Below are positions 37,694-47,752 of a DNA stretch of 64,000 nucleotides, in pieces (within the stretch, counting starts at the first letter, position 1; the number at the start of each line of letters is the position of its first letter). The translations under genes and the position numbers were made by a program. The notes beneath the pieces are model-generated. The model was given only the letters and a program-made list of their open reading frames with translations. It did not search any database and was not told where the DNA came from. Source of the stretch: a virus; the IMG/VR virus record IMGVR_UViG_3300028802_000009, positions 1 to 64,000 of that record, one strand, 5' to 3'.

Positions 37694-38019
37694 CAGGCCG
37701 TCCGCAATATATAGTCGGCCAAGAGATGATCATCAGGCCGCGGCGGAGGCACCAGAAGCATGATGGTGTCAAACCCAGTGCCAGGGCCTCCAGACTCCAT
37801 CACAAGATAGTCGTCCAGCAGCGCCAACCGGCTACCGTTGAAGAACACAGAGATGTCTAGGAACGGCAAGTTATGGGAGAACTTCTCAAGCCCTGGAGTG
37901 GCGAACATCACGTTCACCGCGTCCCGAGGTCCGACCAGATTCTGGCCGACCCGGTATCGGTCAACAGCTATGAATAGCTGCTGCGCAACCTGTAGCGATA
38001 GAGGGTTGAGAAGATACAC
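37693..38019 (-). CDS. Structural protein, paralogue of 37154..37693
   Basis: Same ESGG.GTGFDTI domain; TGATG coupling. Confidence 0.7.
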   Translation of the reverse strand: MYLLNPLSLQVAQQLFIAVDRYRVGQNLVGPRDAVNVMFATPGLEKFSHNLPFLDISVFFNGSRLALLDDYLVMESGGPGTGFDTIMLLVPPPRPDDHLLADYILRTA

Positions 38020-38070
38020 ACGATAAGTCCTATCTTGAGTGAGCTACAGTGACCATGAGAGAGGACGCGT

Positions 38071-41000
38071 TCATGTCCCAAGCGGCTGCAGCTCTAGGAT
38101 CACGCAACCAGGGGAACCATCGCCGCCTTTGCCTCCACTGCCGCCTTTGCCCCCTCCAGCACCGCCTGACCCACCACCACCGCCGCCACCTCCGGCACCA
38201 CCACCGCCGCCTCGACCCATGGAGCCGTTTGCACCAGCACCGCCTGCGCTTCCATCTGAGCCAGCATTGACCGGGAGCGCGCCTCCCGCACCCCCCTGGC
38301 CAGGATCCCCACCTGTTCCGGAACCAGGCCCGGTCTTCGGCACTGGTCCTGCCAATCGTGTCTCCCATCCAAAGTACGAAGGGGCACCGCCACTACCAGC
38401 ACCACCACCGCCACCAGCACCAGCACCTCCGCCAGGACCAACTCCACCAGCACCAACTGCCGGCGTACCTATATTGCTAATTGTGCCTAAACCCTGAAGG
38501 TTTAGCGTATTGATGTTAATCTTAGCTGAACCTCCGCCGCTGGTACCGTTTGCGCCGCCCCCACCGCCGGGAGTGGCGCTGAGTGTTGGGTATGTCGTAG
38601 TATAAGGCCAATGAATTGGCGAGAATGTGGCAGCTGATGTCGAACCTGTACCGCCCGCTGCAGCACCGAATGCGGCCGTACCAACTGAGAGTGGACCTCC
38701 ATTTGCCGGGGAGGCCGTCGCGATAATAATCCCGTCTGCATCAGCGACTGAAGATAGTCCCCCGGCGAGACCGCCGACACCTACTGGACCAACAGCCCCG
38801 GCAAGAGGGCCTGTGCCACCAATACCTCCCGTTCCGCCCGCGCCAACAGTAATCGTCAAGACGAGACCTTCTCCCAAGCCCGCCACAGGAACATTAACCA
38901 ACGAACATGAGCCGCCTGAGCCCCCTCGTCCTCCGCCTCCCCCTCCTCCGGTATTAGTTCCTGTAGCCCCACCACCGCCAGCGGTTCCACCACCTCCGCC
39001 ACCGGCGCCAGCGGAAATCCATATGGTCGTTACCTCATAGCCAGGCGGCACCGTGAAGGGGAATGTGCCAGCCTCAAGATAACTGAACCTAATCGCCCGA
39101 TTGCTGCTGACACCACTGGGGGTCAAGCGAGGATCATCGCCCGCGCAAAATGTTCCTGAACTTGTACCGAATGGTGGTAAACCGTGGCTGTGATCCGCTA
39201 GCGCACGACCCGGTCCGCTACCCGAACTGTTAGACGCGCCTGGCACCAATGCGATCGGCGCTCCAGTTCCTAGTCTAAGGTCATTCCCCTGGCAGAACGT
39301 ATTTGCAGTTGTTCCGTATGCCGGCATGGCATGTCTATGATTCGCGCTAGCGAGTTCAATAGCGTTTCCCACGTCACCTACTGCGCCGGGAACAAGCGTG
39401 GTCGGAAACCCCGTCAGCGCCTTATGCACGTGATCGTATGGTGCATAGTACGGACCCACCCCCGGAATTCCCTCTGAATAAGCTCCAACTGCCTGGGGCG
39501 ACGGCCGCGCGCCCTCCAGAGAGCTTAGAAGCGCGTTTTCCTCACGCGGGCCGGGTACCCGCTCCCAGAGCCAGTGAGGACCGTTGGGAGGAGTCTGCGA
39601 AAACCCAGTAGTCCGCCATGCCGACCCCGCAAATGCATCGCCACCCGCCACCACCACAGTAGTGCCGACCGGCACTTTATCAGCAGTGTCTGCATCGGGC
39701 GCACGCACCCAGATGCCATCATTGCCGGTACCAGCAGACTGTACTAGATAGATTCCGTTGCCATTAGTCCCATCAGTTGTTGTGCCAGAAAGCACTAACA
39801 CCCGATTGCCATTAACAAGCAGCACAGTATCAACACCAAGCGGCGCAGCATTCACATCAATAGCCGTCGAAACCAGGGGGCCGCCAGTTGTCGCGTGTAC
39901 TGATAACTTGCCTTGCGCCATCAGCTTCGCATCACTAACCGTTAGGACACCGCCGCGCACCGAGACCCATCCCGTGTTCGTAGCCACGCCGGACTCTTTA
40001 ACCCAAAGGGTCGAGCCAGCCCCGCCGTCCACGTTCGAATAAAGATCACCAGGGGACCCAAAGCGCTCCCGGCCCAGCTCCGCAGGCGAGCCTTTGCTAG
40101 ATGTCCAGCGGCGCGATACCGTCTCATCGCCGATGGTCCGTGGCGACGTTCCAGCGAGATTGAGCTGAACACCGTTGGTCAAAATCATACTGCTGGGCAG
40201 CAGAGATGCGTTTGCATTGAGAAACAGCGGACCTTCAAGCTGCATCTCTTGCGAAACTACTGTCGTGGTGAGGTCTATTTGACTCTGCGTCAAGGGGTCT
40301 AAGGCGCCGCCGCTAATTCGTATGATTGTTCCGCCTATCGACTGCCAGCGTACGGGCACAAACGGTGCAGTGCCTGTATCGCTGTCAATTACCCTCACGT
40401 CTTGGAGCGTCGAGTTAACAGCGAGGCCAGCTCCGCCGACCAGAGAAACGCCGCCCCCATGACAGTTTGTGATCACGATCGATTGGCTGAAATCCATCAA
40501 CTGCGATGAAACGCCGATCGTCCCCAGAATGTTACAATCAGTAACAAAGAACTGCGATCCGCCATCAATGGGCGGAAAGTCTAGCTGAAAATTCGGGTAC
40601 AGGCTTACGTTAGACACACCACCTATGGTAGACGGCTGATCCCACTCATCGGAAAGCGTCCAATCGGAATATGCCAGTATGCATTGGTCACGACTCGCAC
40701 CGCAAACAAACGTGAACGGCGGCTGTGCTATCAATTCTTCATTGAAGAGCGTCGAAGCGACCCACACACCATAGCATTTCTCGTATGTCGCATCAGTGAT
40801 GCTCGCAAACGCCGCAGTCAGCGTCTGGAACGGCTTTCCAATCGTACCGTCCCCAGTGATGTCGTCGCCATCAACCGACACATAGCGCCACGCTGAGATC
40901 TGTGGCAAAGCGCCGCCCCCTCCGCCCGCTACCGTGGTCCAACTAGCCGCCGTAGGTCCGCTCGCGACAAGCGCCTGCCCTGCTGTCGGCGGGACCGCGC

Positions 41001-41823
41001 TAGACACCGTAACAACGCCCGAAGTGGTGCGTAGCCCAGACGCCGTTCTGTCATTGGAAAGTCTTGGATCTGAGCCCTCCGCGAACGTCCCCGCTACGTT
41101 TCCAAACGGGGGTAGACCGTGGCGGTGATCCGCGTGCGCTACCTCAGTCGACGTACCAATCACACTCGGCTGACCGGGGATCGATGGCGTTGGAACGATC
41201 GTGGTCCCATCCTGATTCGATGGCTCAAGAGAGGCCCCCAAAGCCAATCTCGCGGACATCGAGAAAGCGCCTCCTGTCACATAGATGGTAGCCAGCGACC
41301 CCAAGAAGCTGAGGGAATGAATCTCCGTCGCGCTTCCTGGAACCTTGAAGGTTTGCCCACCTTCTTCCGTTCCGATCTCGATGTCACCGTCGCACTGAAA
41401 GGTGAAATCGCGCATCAACGGCAAGTCGAGCTGCTGCGTCCCTGTGGGCGCGCCCGCTATGAAGATAAGCCCCGTGGTGGAAATAAAGCTAGCAGGCAAA
41501 ACAAGAGTCATTGCCCCCGGCGTGCCCTCAACACCGCCGGTCACTGTCACAAACTGCATCCAAAAGGCTATACCGTCGGGGATGCCGTACGAAGCCGGGT
41601 CAAATACGATGCGTATCTGGTCTTCCAGTGCCTGTACGCTAAGCCTAGAGCGATCAACATTCGGGTCAAGAAATCCGACGTTTGTCGCCGTAAGAAGGGG
41701 CTGCGGGGGCAAGTCAAAATTCTCAGCCCACTTCAAGCGATACCCGTCAACCCCCGGAACCCTAGCAGTGATAATGTTGACCACATGAGGGAGTCGGGGG
41801 AAAACACTAAACAATCGATTCAT
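38071..41823 (-). CDS. Mosaic tail fibre/spike (1250 aa) with beta-helix-like segment and glycine-rich C-terminus
   Basis: A.(D/N)H.H..P.(F/Y)G...GTF..G.D.RL repeats; YVSVDGDD..GDG...PFQT beta-helix start; NRVLV...NGIYLV...WVRA.DAD fibre motif; Gly-rich tail. Confidence 0.75.
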   Translation of the reverse strand: MNRLFSVFPRLPHVVNIITARVPGVDGYRLKWAENFDLPPQPLLTATNVGFLDPNVDRSRLSVQALEDQIRIVFDPASYGIPDGIAFWMQFVTVTGGVEGTPGAMTLVLPASFISTTGLIFIAGAPTGTQQLDLPLMRDFTFQCDGDIEIGTEEGGQTFKVPGSATEIHSLSFLGSLATIYVTGGAFSMSARLALGASLEPSNQDGTTIVPTPSIPGQPSVIGTSTEVAHADHRHGLPPFGNVAGTFAEGSDPRLSNDRTASGLRTTSGVVTVSSAVPPTAGQALVASGPTAASWTTVAGGGGGALPQISAWRYVSVDGDDITGDGTIGKPFQTLTAAFASITDATYEKCYGVWVASTLFNEELIAQPPFTFVCGASRDQCILAYSDWTLSDEWDQPSTIGGVSNVSLYPNFQLDFPPIDGGSQFFVTDCNILGTIGVSSQLMDFSQSIVITNCHGGGVSLVGGAGLAVNSTLQDVRVIDSDTGTAPFVPVRWQSIGGTIIRISGGALDPLTQSQIDLTTTVVSQEMQLEGPLFLNANASLLPSSMILTNGVQLNLAGTSPRTIGDETVSRRWTSSKGSPAELGRERFGSPGDLYSNVDGGAGSTLWVKESGVATNTGWVSVRGGVLTVSDAKLMAQGKLSVHATTGGPLVSTAIDVNAAPLGVDTVLLVNGNRVLVLSGTTTDGTNGNGIYLVQSAGTGNDGIWVRAPDADTADKVPVGTTVVVAGGDAFAGSAWRTTGFSQTPPNGPHWLWERVPGPREENALLSSLEGARPSPQAVGAYSEGIPGVGPYYAPYDHVHKALTGFPTTLVPGAVGDVGNAIELASANHRHAMPAYGTTANTFCQGNDLRLGTGAPIALVPGASNSSGSGPGRALADHSHGLPPFGTSSGTFCAGDDPRLTPSGVSSNRAIRFSYLEAGTFPFTVPPGYEVTTIWISAGAGGGGGGTAGGGGATGTNTGGGGGGGRGGSGGSCSLVNVPVAGLGEGLVLTITVGAGGTGGIGGTGPLAGAVGPVGVGGLAGGLSSVADADGIIIATASPANGGPLSVGTAAFGAAAGGTGSTSAATFSPIHWPYTTTYPTLSATPGGGGGANGTSGGGSAKININTLNLQGLGTISNIGTPAVGAGGVGPGGGAGAGGGGGAGSGGAPSYFGWETRLAGPVPKTGPGSGTGGDPGQGGAGGALPVNAGSDGSAGGAGANGSMGRGGGGGAGGGGGGGGSGGAGGGKGGSGGKGGDGSPGCVILELQPLGT

Positions 41824-42275
41824 GATGCAGCCTCTCGCTTAATGTGGGGCTCAAAAGTCTGGGCGCTCTCAGCAGCCGCGCGAGCCGCATCTTGATGCCC
41901 ATGCTCTCTTTCCACCCGTGCATAGGTAGACTGGTACGCCGCGTCCTTGGCCTCCGACCAGGAACTCGCGACCTGTCCGTTGTGGTTCGGTACCAAGCGC
42001 TTAGGCTTCACATGATCTCGCTCGCGGCGACCTATCACCTGCCGGCGAGCCGCTCGGTACTTGTTCTCTTTGGTGGCCTTGGAGATCCACCCACCGGCCT
42101 CACCGTCCTTCAGTACGAAGCTGACGGCCGATGGGTCGAACACCAAGTCAGGCTTGCCGCCACACGCACACGCCAGGGCGACAGACCCTGATTTCACCTC
42201 CTCATACTGCTCGAAGGACAGCTTGCGGGTTTCGTGTTTCTGGCACGTCTTGCACTGCGTATCGTACACCGGCAT
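41820..42275 (-). CDS. FmdB-type zinc-ribbon protein
   Basis: MPVYDTQCKTC...CACGG...FVLK.G..GW; ATG at 42275 just after the SWIM gene stop. Confidence 0.75.
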   Translation of the reverse strand: MPVYDTQCKTCQKHETRKLSFEQYEEVKSGSVALACACGGKPDLVFDPSAVSFVLKDGEAGGWISKATKENKYRAARRQVIGRRERDHVKPKRLVPNHNGQVASSWSEAKDAAYQSTYARVEREHGHQDAARAAAESAQTFEPHIKREAAS

Positions 42276-42277
42276 AT

Positions 42278-43189
42278 CTAAATCTTTCTCTTCTTCGCGA
42301 CAGACCAAGTCTTCACATGAGCTAGTACGGCCGCCACATGCTTACACACCCTATTGACCATCCCAGGGTCCCGAATCACCGGCACAGAGGCGGTCCCTCT
42401 GGGCTTGCCGTCCAAGTATTCTTCCCGCTGTGAATGGTGCTCCGGGCCTTGCCAACGCCACGCCGGGCACGAACAAGTCAGGTCCAGGTCCATCTTGGAC
42501 AGCTTCGTTACACGCTGGTCTCGGAAGCCTTTGACCTTCACAACCCGGTCGACGTTTCCGCAGTTCACAGCCAAAAGCCATCGCAGGTTTTTCGTGTCAG
42601 CCCGCTTGAGCTTCACGGCACAACGCCTCGATCGCCCCGTTACCCTCGGATTCAGCCCACTCACGATTGCATCCAAACGCAGAGCGATCTTGGTCCGCCT
42701 GCTAGCTTCAATACGCCGCACAGGAGCGTGCTCTGCATCCCATCTGGCCAGCACAAACTCCGCCGAAGCGTTGACCGTATTCGGGATGTCGTCTCGGTAC
42801 GGATACTTGGTCTTCGGGCCTTCCCACTCGCCCTTGCCCCAGCCTCCTATGCCATCGTGCTTGTTCGCGTTCTCATCTTTGAACTCAATGCGCTCGCGAT
42901 TCACCAACATGTCATCCGCATTGTCAGTGCGGTAGAGGCTCTCATCCTTGCCCTTGTCAAAGTCTCGAACGTCCTTCTCATCCTTGTCATGGACGGACGT
43001 TCCAGGGATCTTATTGTCGAGCGGCAGGCCCTTGCTCACGGGGTCATCATCGCCGGGAAGCTTAGCCTTATTCGACGGACCGCCGCCCGGCAGACCAGAT
43101 TCACCAACGCGCTCGGCCCCCTTAGGCAAGGCTGGATTGCCCTCACCATAGGCGGGTCTAGTCATCAATGGTTGCTTCAAATCTGGCAC
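42278..43189 (-). CDS. SWIM zinc-finger protein with acidic N-terminal region
   Basis: CSCPAWRWQG...VCKH SWIM signature. Confidence 0.75.
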   Translation of the reverse strand: MPDLKQPLMTRPAYGEGNPALPKGAERVGESGLPGGGPSNKAKLPGDDDPVSKGLPLDNKIPGTSVHDKDEKDVRDFDKGKDESLYRTDNADDMLVNRERIEFKDENANKHDGIGGWGKGEWEGPKTKYPYRDDIPNTVNASAEFVLARWDAEHAPVRRIEASRRTKIALRLDAIVSGLNPRVTGRSRRCAVKLKRADTKNLRWLLAVNCGNVDRVVKVKGFRDQRVTKLSKMDLDLTCSCPAWRWQGPEHHSQREEYLDGKPRGTASVPVIRDPGMVNRVCKHVAAVLAHVKTWSVAKKRKI

Positions 43190-43193
43190 TCAC

Positions 43194-44858
43194 TTAGACC
43201 TTCCAGGGATCTTGACCCCTGCTGGCAGTGCTTGTCCTAGCTTCCTTGAACTTGTCCTCGTACTTATCGGTGTTGGCTTTCCATTCCTTGGCAGCGTCCT
43301 CGGACATGTTGTCCGTCGGATCGGCGGGCTTACCTTCCTCGAAACGAGACTCCTTCTCATCCGAAGCGGACTTGAACTTGTCTTCGTACTTATCGGTGTT
43401 CGACTTCCATTCCTTGGCGTCTTCTTCGGACATGTTGTCAGTAGGGTCGGCTGGCTTGCCTTCCTCGAACTTTGACTCCTTTTCATCCGACGCGGAGCGC
43501 AGTAAGCCTTTAGCTTCACGGTTGATCAGCCTCTCAGCCTCTCTTGAGAGAACATCGGCGTTCGCTTCCAACCCATCTACGGATACCGACTTGCGACCCA
43601 TTATTACCTGAATCGCGCCAAGCCCCTCTTCATCAATCGAGACGAGACAGCTGATGTTGTCCCCCGGATCACTCTCCCGCTCAGCAACCTCCAACACTAC
43701 CCCGCCGCCGAAATCACGACGGATCTCCGTGAGCAAACTCGGATACAAGCGGTTGAACCTGGCTTCGACCCTTTGCAGGACATCCCTATCGCCCGCAGCA
43801 GACTTCTTGAACTTGTCCTCGTACTTATCGGTGTTGGATTTCCACTTCTTGGCGTCCTCTTCGGACATCCCCTCAGTAGGATCGGCGGGCTTGCCTTCCT
43901 CGAACCGAGACTCCTTCTCATCCGATGCAAGCACCAGCGATTCGAGCACATCGGGCTTCAGATAGCGCCGCGCAAGACGCACGCCCTTGCTCATGCGAAT
44001 GGCTAGACCAGCCACATCGTTCGCCCCAACGCTGTCACACATGAGCCCGATCTCCGAGACAATGCTCGCCAGCTGATCGAAGGCTTGCCGCATCTGGTTG
44101 CCAGCCGCGCCTCGGAGGTAAGCGATACGAGCGGCCCCGCGGATATACTCAAACCCTAGAGCCATGTTGTATGGCCCGTCGACCCCAAGCTCGCCAACGT
44201 CAGCCTTCTTTGGACGCTCCGACGCTTTGACCTCAATGGCATCGCCCAGCACTCGCCGGAGAATAGCCGCCACCATCAAACGACTAGGACGGCCCTCATC
44301 CTTGCTGAGACCAGCAACCAGTCGGCGCAACGTCACAGCCACCTCCTGGTTGGACGACGCGGTACGTACCGAGTCTCCTTCAAGGGATGCGATCAAGCGA
44401 GTCAGAGACTCCGTATCGATGTGCCCCGTTTTTTCGATCTCAGCGGCGACGTGCGTCAACTGTGTGGCAGCTTCTTCAACTCTCATGGGTGACTCCGGTT
44501 GTGATGACTTTCTCTTTACTCGACGTACACGGACGTCTTTCAAGGCGTCCTCCAGCTGTTCGACCTTCTCAGGCCTGAGGTCGTCTTTGATCTCCTCGTA
44601 ATCCCATCGCGCTACAGCCATCGCCGCCGCATCCAAGGACTTGCTCACGCGCATCAAAGTGTCCGGGATCGCATGCAGCAGATGACCCGCAACCTCAAAA
44701 AACTGGTCACGATGGTCAGACTTCTCGATGAGCGTTGAAGCCTCCTCGATGTAATCTTTGAGCTGATTGCAGCGAAGCCGAGCATCGCCAATCTCCTCTA
44801 GTAGGAACACGGAGATTCCCGAGGCTGTTTTGACTTGCTTCAAGCACCGATCTTCCAA
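43194..44858 (-). CDS. Putative internal head polyprotein with three 42-aa charged repeats
   Basis: TTG start with GAGGAG SD; many (K/R)xA sites; repeat SDEKES.FEEGKPADPT..MSE..AK.WK.NTDKYEDKFK. Confidence 0.75.
   Translation of the reverse strand: MEDRCLKQVKTASGISVFLLEEIGDARLRCNQLKDYIEEASTLIEKSDHRDQFFEVAGHLLHAIPDTLMRVSKSLDAAAMAVARWDYEEIKDDLRPEKVEQLEDALKDVRVRRVKRKSSQPESPMRVEEAATQLTHVAAEIEKTGHIDTESLTRLIASLEGDSVRTASSNQEVAVTLRRLVAGLSKDEGRPSRLMVAAILRRVLGDAIEVKASERPKKADVGELGVDGPYNMALGFEYIRGAARIAYLRGAAGNQMRQAFDQLASIVSEIGLMCDSVGANDVAGLAIRMSKGVRLARRYLKPDVLESLVLASDEKESRFEEGKPADPTEGMSEEDAKKWKSNTDKYEDKFKKSAAGDRDVLQRVEARFNRLYPSLLTEIRRDFGGGVVLEVAERESDPGDNISCLVSIDEEGLGAIQVIMGRKSVSVDGLEANADVLSREAERLINREAKGLLRSASDEKESKFEEGKPADPTDNMSEEDAKEWKSNTDKYEDKFKSASDEKESRFEEGKPADPTDNMSEDAAKEWKANTDKYEDKFKEARTSTASRGQDPWKV
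43245..43928. repeat. Three ~123-bp coding direct repeats (43245-43367, 43371-43493, 43806-43928)
   Basis: Near-identical DNA, e.g. cttgaacttgtc.tcgtacttatcggtgtt; tandem period 126 bp. Confidence 0.9.
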
Positions 44859-44928
44859 TGGAAAACGCTCCTCAGGTCGCGGTTAGGTCACGAAGAGCGT
44901 TCCCACAAAGAAAACATCACACTAGCTC

Positions 44929-46005
44929 TCAGCCAAAAGCTTGAGGGAACAACTCAAGAATCCGCGACTTGATGACTTCTTCTTCCGCCGCAAACACGGC
45001 GCGCAGGATGTCTAGTCGATCCTCGAAATCCGCCTGCAGCCGCGCCAGCTTCTTCTTGGTGGGAGCCGCGAAGTCATACGACTCCGGGAAGTCAGGGCAC
45101 ATGGCCTTAGCGATCTTCAGCCGTACGGCGACACTCATGGGAGGCGCAGAAGCCTTCGCTGCGGGTCTCTTGGGCGCCTTCGCCGTCGGGATATTCGTAT
45201 TTGAAAACGTGATGCCATCCTCCACCGTTTTGGTGGTTGGCTCGCCAATGCTCGCGACCACGGAAGCGTCACCACCATCCCAGGTCTCAATCCCCCCGCC
45301 CGTGGACCCCGTAACGGTCATACCTTCGGACGTTGTCTTGGACCCGGAGGCCGTCTTCACTTTTCCGACGGTCCTACCGGAGCCCGAGCTTGTCGTGGTC
45401 GCCGGCACATAGCTAGCTCTAGCCGCCTCCTTCTTGAGCAGATACGCATCCCGCTCGTCGTCGCTCATGCGCTCCAACAGCTCATCGACCGTGATCCCTT
45501 GACCCGGAGTGATGCTCACGTGGTCCAGTGCGTTCAAGACCTCCCGTGCCTGAGTTACGTTCGTGGTGGAGACCGCAGGGGTCTTGAGCTTACGCACCGG
45601 CACCCCATCAGATCCGGCCTCAGACGCCGTGCGGCGATTGCCCGCCTTGGTAGCAGAGGCGTGCTGTGCGTAATTCATCACGATCCGCTCGTCCTGCTCG
45701 ACCGTCGAGATCATCGTGCGCGGCTGGTCGCGCTCCGTGGCGGAACGCACTTGGATCTTGGCGGACGCGGGACGGCCATACTCTGGGTCCGCTGAATCAT
45801 AACTATCGGTCAGCACGATCCACGCCGCCGAGATGGCGCCGCGGAGCTGCGGAAATGAGTAGTCTGCACCGGCGTATTTCACCGTAGAGCCGTCGAACTC
45901 CAGCTCGGTGCCCTTCTCAATCCGCACATTGAAGTTGCCCAGCGCGAAGCTACGAGTGGCAGTGAAGGCTTGAAAGTCACCGGTCTTAAATCTGATTTGG
46001 TCCAT
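44929..46005 (-). CDS. Hypothetical head-module protein directly downstream of the capsid gene
   Basis: SD GGAG favours ATG 46005 (MDQIRF); RRTAS and VKTAS sites. Confidence 0.75.
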   Translation of the reverse strand: MDQIRFKTGDFQAFTATRSFALGNFNVRIEKGTELEFDGSTVKYAGADYSFPQLRGAISAAWIVLTDSYDSADPEYGRPASAKIQVRSATERDQPRTMISTVEQDERIVMNYAQHASATKAGNRRTASEAGSDGVPVRKLKTPAVSTTNVTQAREVLNALDHVSITPGQGITVDELLERMSDDERDAYLLKKEAARASYVPATTTSSGSGRTVGKVKTASGSKTTSEGMTVTGSTGGGIETWDGGDASVVASIGEPTTKTVEDGITFSNTNIPTAKAPKRPAAKASAPPMSVAVRLKIAKAMCPDFPESYDFAAPTKKKLARLQADFEDRLDILRAVFAAEEEVIKSRILELFPQAFG

Positions 46006-46145
46006 TATGATCTCCATCGAAGGGCGCAACGATGCCCACCAACAGGAAAACCATAGATAGAACATCTATGTGAAAGCTTCCGATCTGGCCGCTACACGTG
46101 ACAGGCGGTCTCACTGAGGCACAGAATGCAGCGTTCACCGAAATT

Positions 46146-46184
46146 AAAGAAAAGAGGCCGATCCATCTCTGGACCAGCCTCTTT
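46146..46184 (-). terminator. Rho-independent terminator after the major capsid gene
   Basis: AAAGAGGCTGGTCCA-GAGA-TGGATCGGCCTCTTT followed by TCTTT on the minus strand. Confidence 0.85.
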
Positions 46185-46205
46185 GCTTAGGTCAGCTGAT
46201 TAGCT

Positions 46206-47087
46206 TCAGACGCGAGTGATAACCACACGGGTCAAACCACGCGGGTTGAATGCACCGATACCGAGATTCTCGAAGCACGAGAAACCGATCGTGCGCGCCT
46301 TCGGGTCATCCGCCGAAAGAACGGTGATCTCGGTACGAACCGGGATACGACCAAACTGCTCAGGCTCGCAGCAAACATATGTGAAGCCGGCAGGTACGAG
46401 ACGCGACGTGATGATCTGAGCGCCCCAGATAACTGCCTGGAGACCAGTCTTCAGCAACGTGGCCTGGCTCTCAATGTCCAGGATGTCGCGACCGAACTTA
46501 CGAATGTCAGCGTAGTCGACCGCGTTCATGTAGATGCGAGCGACGCGCAAGTCGTGACGCTCGATCTCGGCAAACGCGTCAGCAAGAACTGACGGGCTGA
46601 TGGGGGCGACGACAGGAACGTCCGCGTTCGTCTGACCAGGGAGTGTGTCGAAACCAGAGACAGCGATGCTATCCATGATTGCAAACGTCCGCTCGTCTTC
46701 CGCGGCCTGAATCTGTGCCTTCGCAAGATCCTGAGCGCGCTCGATCAGATCGAATCGACGCTCCTTGATCTGCGTGAGTGGGATCTCCGGGTTCGAGGCA
46801 ATCTCGAACAGCGGGAAGATCACGCGACGTGGCTTCTGGATCGCAAGGATGTTCTCGCCCTCTTCGCCGACAACGAACGCCGTAACATCCGGGTCCTTGT
46901 CGTAGATCGGGAGAGCACCATCCGGAAGCTGCTCGACCAAGAAGGTCTTACGACCTACGGCCGAATAGTCGCGGCGCAGACGCAAAGGCTGCACCATCGA
47001 AGCAGCGAGCTTCTGGCGGCCAGCAGCGGTCTTGATGTACTCACTAATGACCTGCTGCTTGAGCTGGTTAGATACTTGGTGTGCCAT
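46206..47087 (-). CDS. Major capsid protein (HK97 fold, 293 aa)
   Basis: Follows protease, scaffold and decoration genes and is followed by a terminator; IQAAED...F, IYMN...YADIRK, IWGAQIITSR.VP, IGF..FE.LG....NP pattern. Confidence 0.88.
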   Translation of the reverse strand: MAHQVSNQLKQQVISEYIKTAAGRQKLAASMVQPLRLRRDYSAVGRKTFLVEQLPDGALPIYDKDPDVTAFVVGEEGENILAIQKPRRVIFPLFEIASNPEIPLTQIKERRFDLIERAQDLAKAQIQAAEDERTFAIMDSIAVSGFDTLPGQTNADVPVVAPISPSVLADAFAEIERHDLRVARIYMNAVDYADIRKFGRDILDIESQATLLKTGLQAVIWGAQIITSRLVPAGFTYVCCEPEQFGRIPVRTEITVLSADDPKARTIGFSCFENLGIGAFNPRGLTRVVITRV

Positions 47088-47125
47088 GGTTTTTCCTGGG
47101 CTCCTATTCTTCTTTGCCTAACGAC

Positions 47126-47752
47126 TCAGACCCGGAGGTCCAGGACTAGGAGTGAGGAGTTGGCGTCCGGAGCGACCTTGACGACGCCAATGACCGTGGC
47201 CACACCAGCAACGGTGCTATCCAACGCATTGGTCAGGAGGTTCGTCAGAAGACCGTTGACAGAAGCATATAGCTTGTCACCAACGGCATACGTGAGTGCC
47301 GGGAAAGCCCCGAGCTGATCCTTCGTCTCATAGACCGAGACGCCTACGCACGAGCCACTGCCGGTCACGTAAGGCGCACGCCCTGAAGCAACACCTGGAG
47401 TGTTCTCGAAAGCGTTGCCAAGTGCATCGTTCAGAAAAATGCCGAGAGGCAAAATTCCAGCAGCCGCGCCAGTGTTAACAAGAGAGGCACCGATCGGACC
47501 ACCAATATAGTTATTTCCGACGTCGCGGCGCGTGAACGCTACCGATCCGCCGAGAACGCCAACCTTAGTGATGCTGGTGAGAGTTGTCGATTTGGCGCCA
47601 ACCGCGAGACCCCCGGGAGGATTAGCCTGGGTGAAACCGTCCGGAGATAGCAGACCAACGCTGTTGCGGGTCACTACGTGGAACAGTTGAACACGACCAG
47701 ACGTCTCACGGAAATCACCCGAGCTTTGGCCGCCGATTGCGAAAGTAGTCAT
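47126..47752 (-). CDS. Capsid decoration/cement protein
   Basis: Immediately upstream of MCP with SD AAGGAG; PLGIF...YET...YAVGDKLYASVNGLLT...IGVV..AP beta-tulip-like pattern. Confidence 0.72.
   Translation of the reverse strand: MTTFAIGGQSSGDFRETSGRVQLFHVVTRNSVGLLSPDGFTQANPPGGLAVGAKSTTLTSITKVGVLGGSVAFTRRDVGNNYIGGPIGASLVNTGAAAGILPLGIFLNDALGNAFENTPGVASGRAPYVTGSGSCVGVSVYETKDQLGAFPALTYAVGDKLYASVNGLLTNLLTNALDSTVAGVATVIGVVKVAPDANSSLLVLDLRV

Noticed and set aside
38071-39010. Gly-rich region as a mycobacterial PE-PGRS gene or collagen
   Set aside because: No PE domain and no strict G-x-y periodicity; it is the tip of a phage fibre.
43245-43928. 126-bp-period repeats as a CRISPR array
   Set aside because: Units are too long, have no unique spacers, are in frame and vary mostly at synonymous positions; no cas genes are present.
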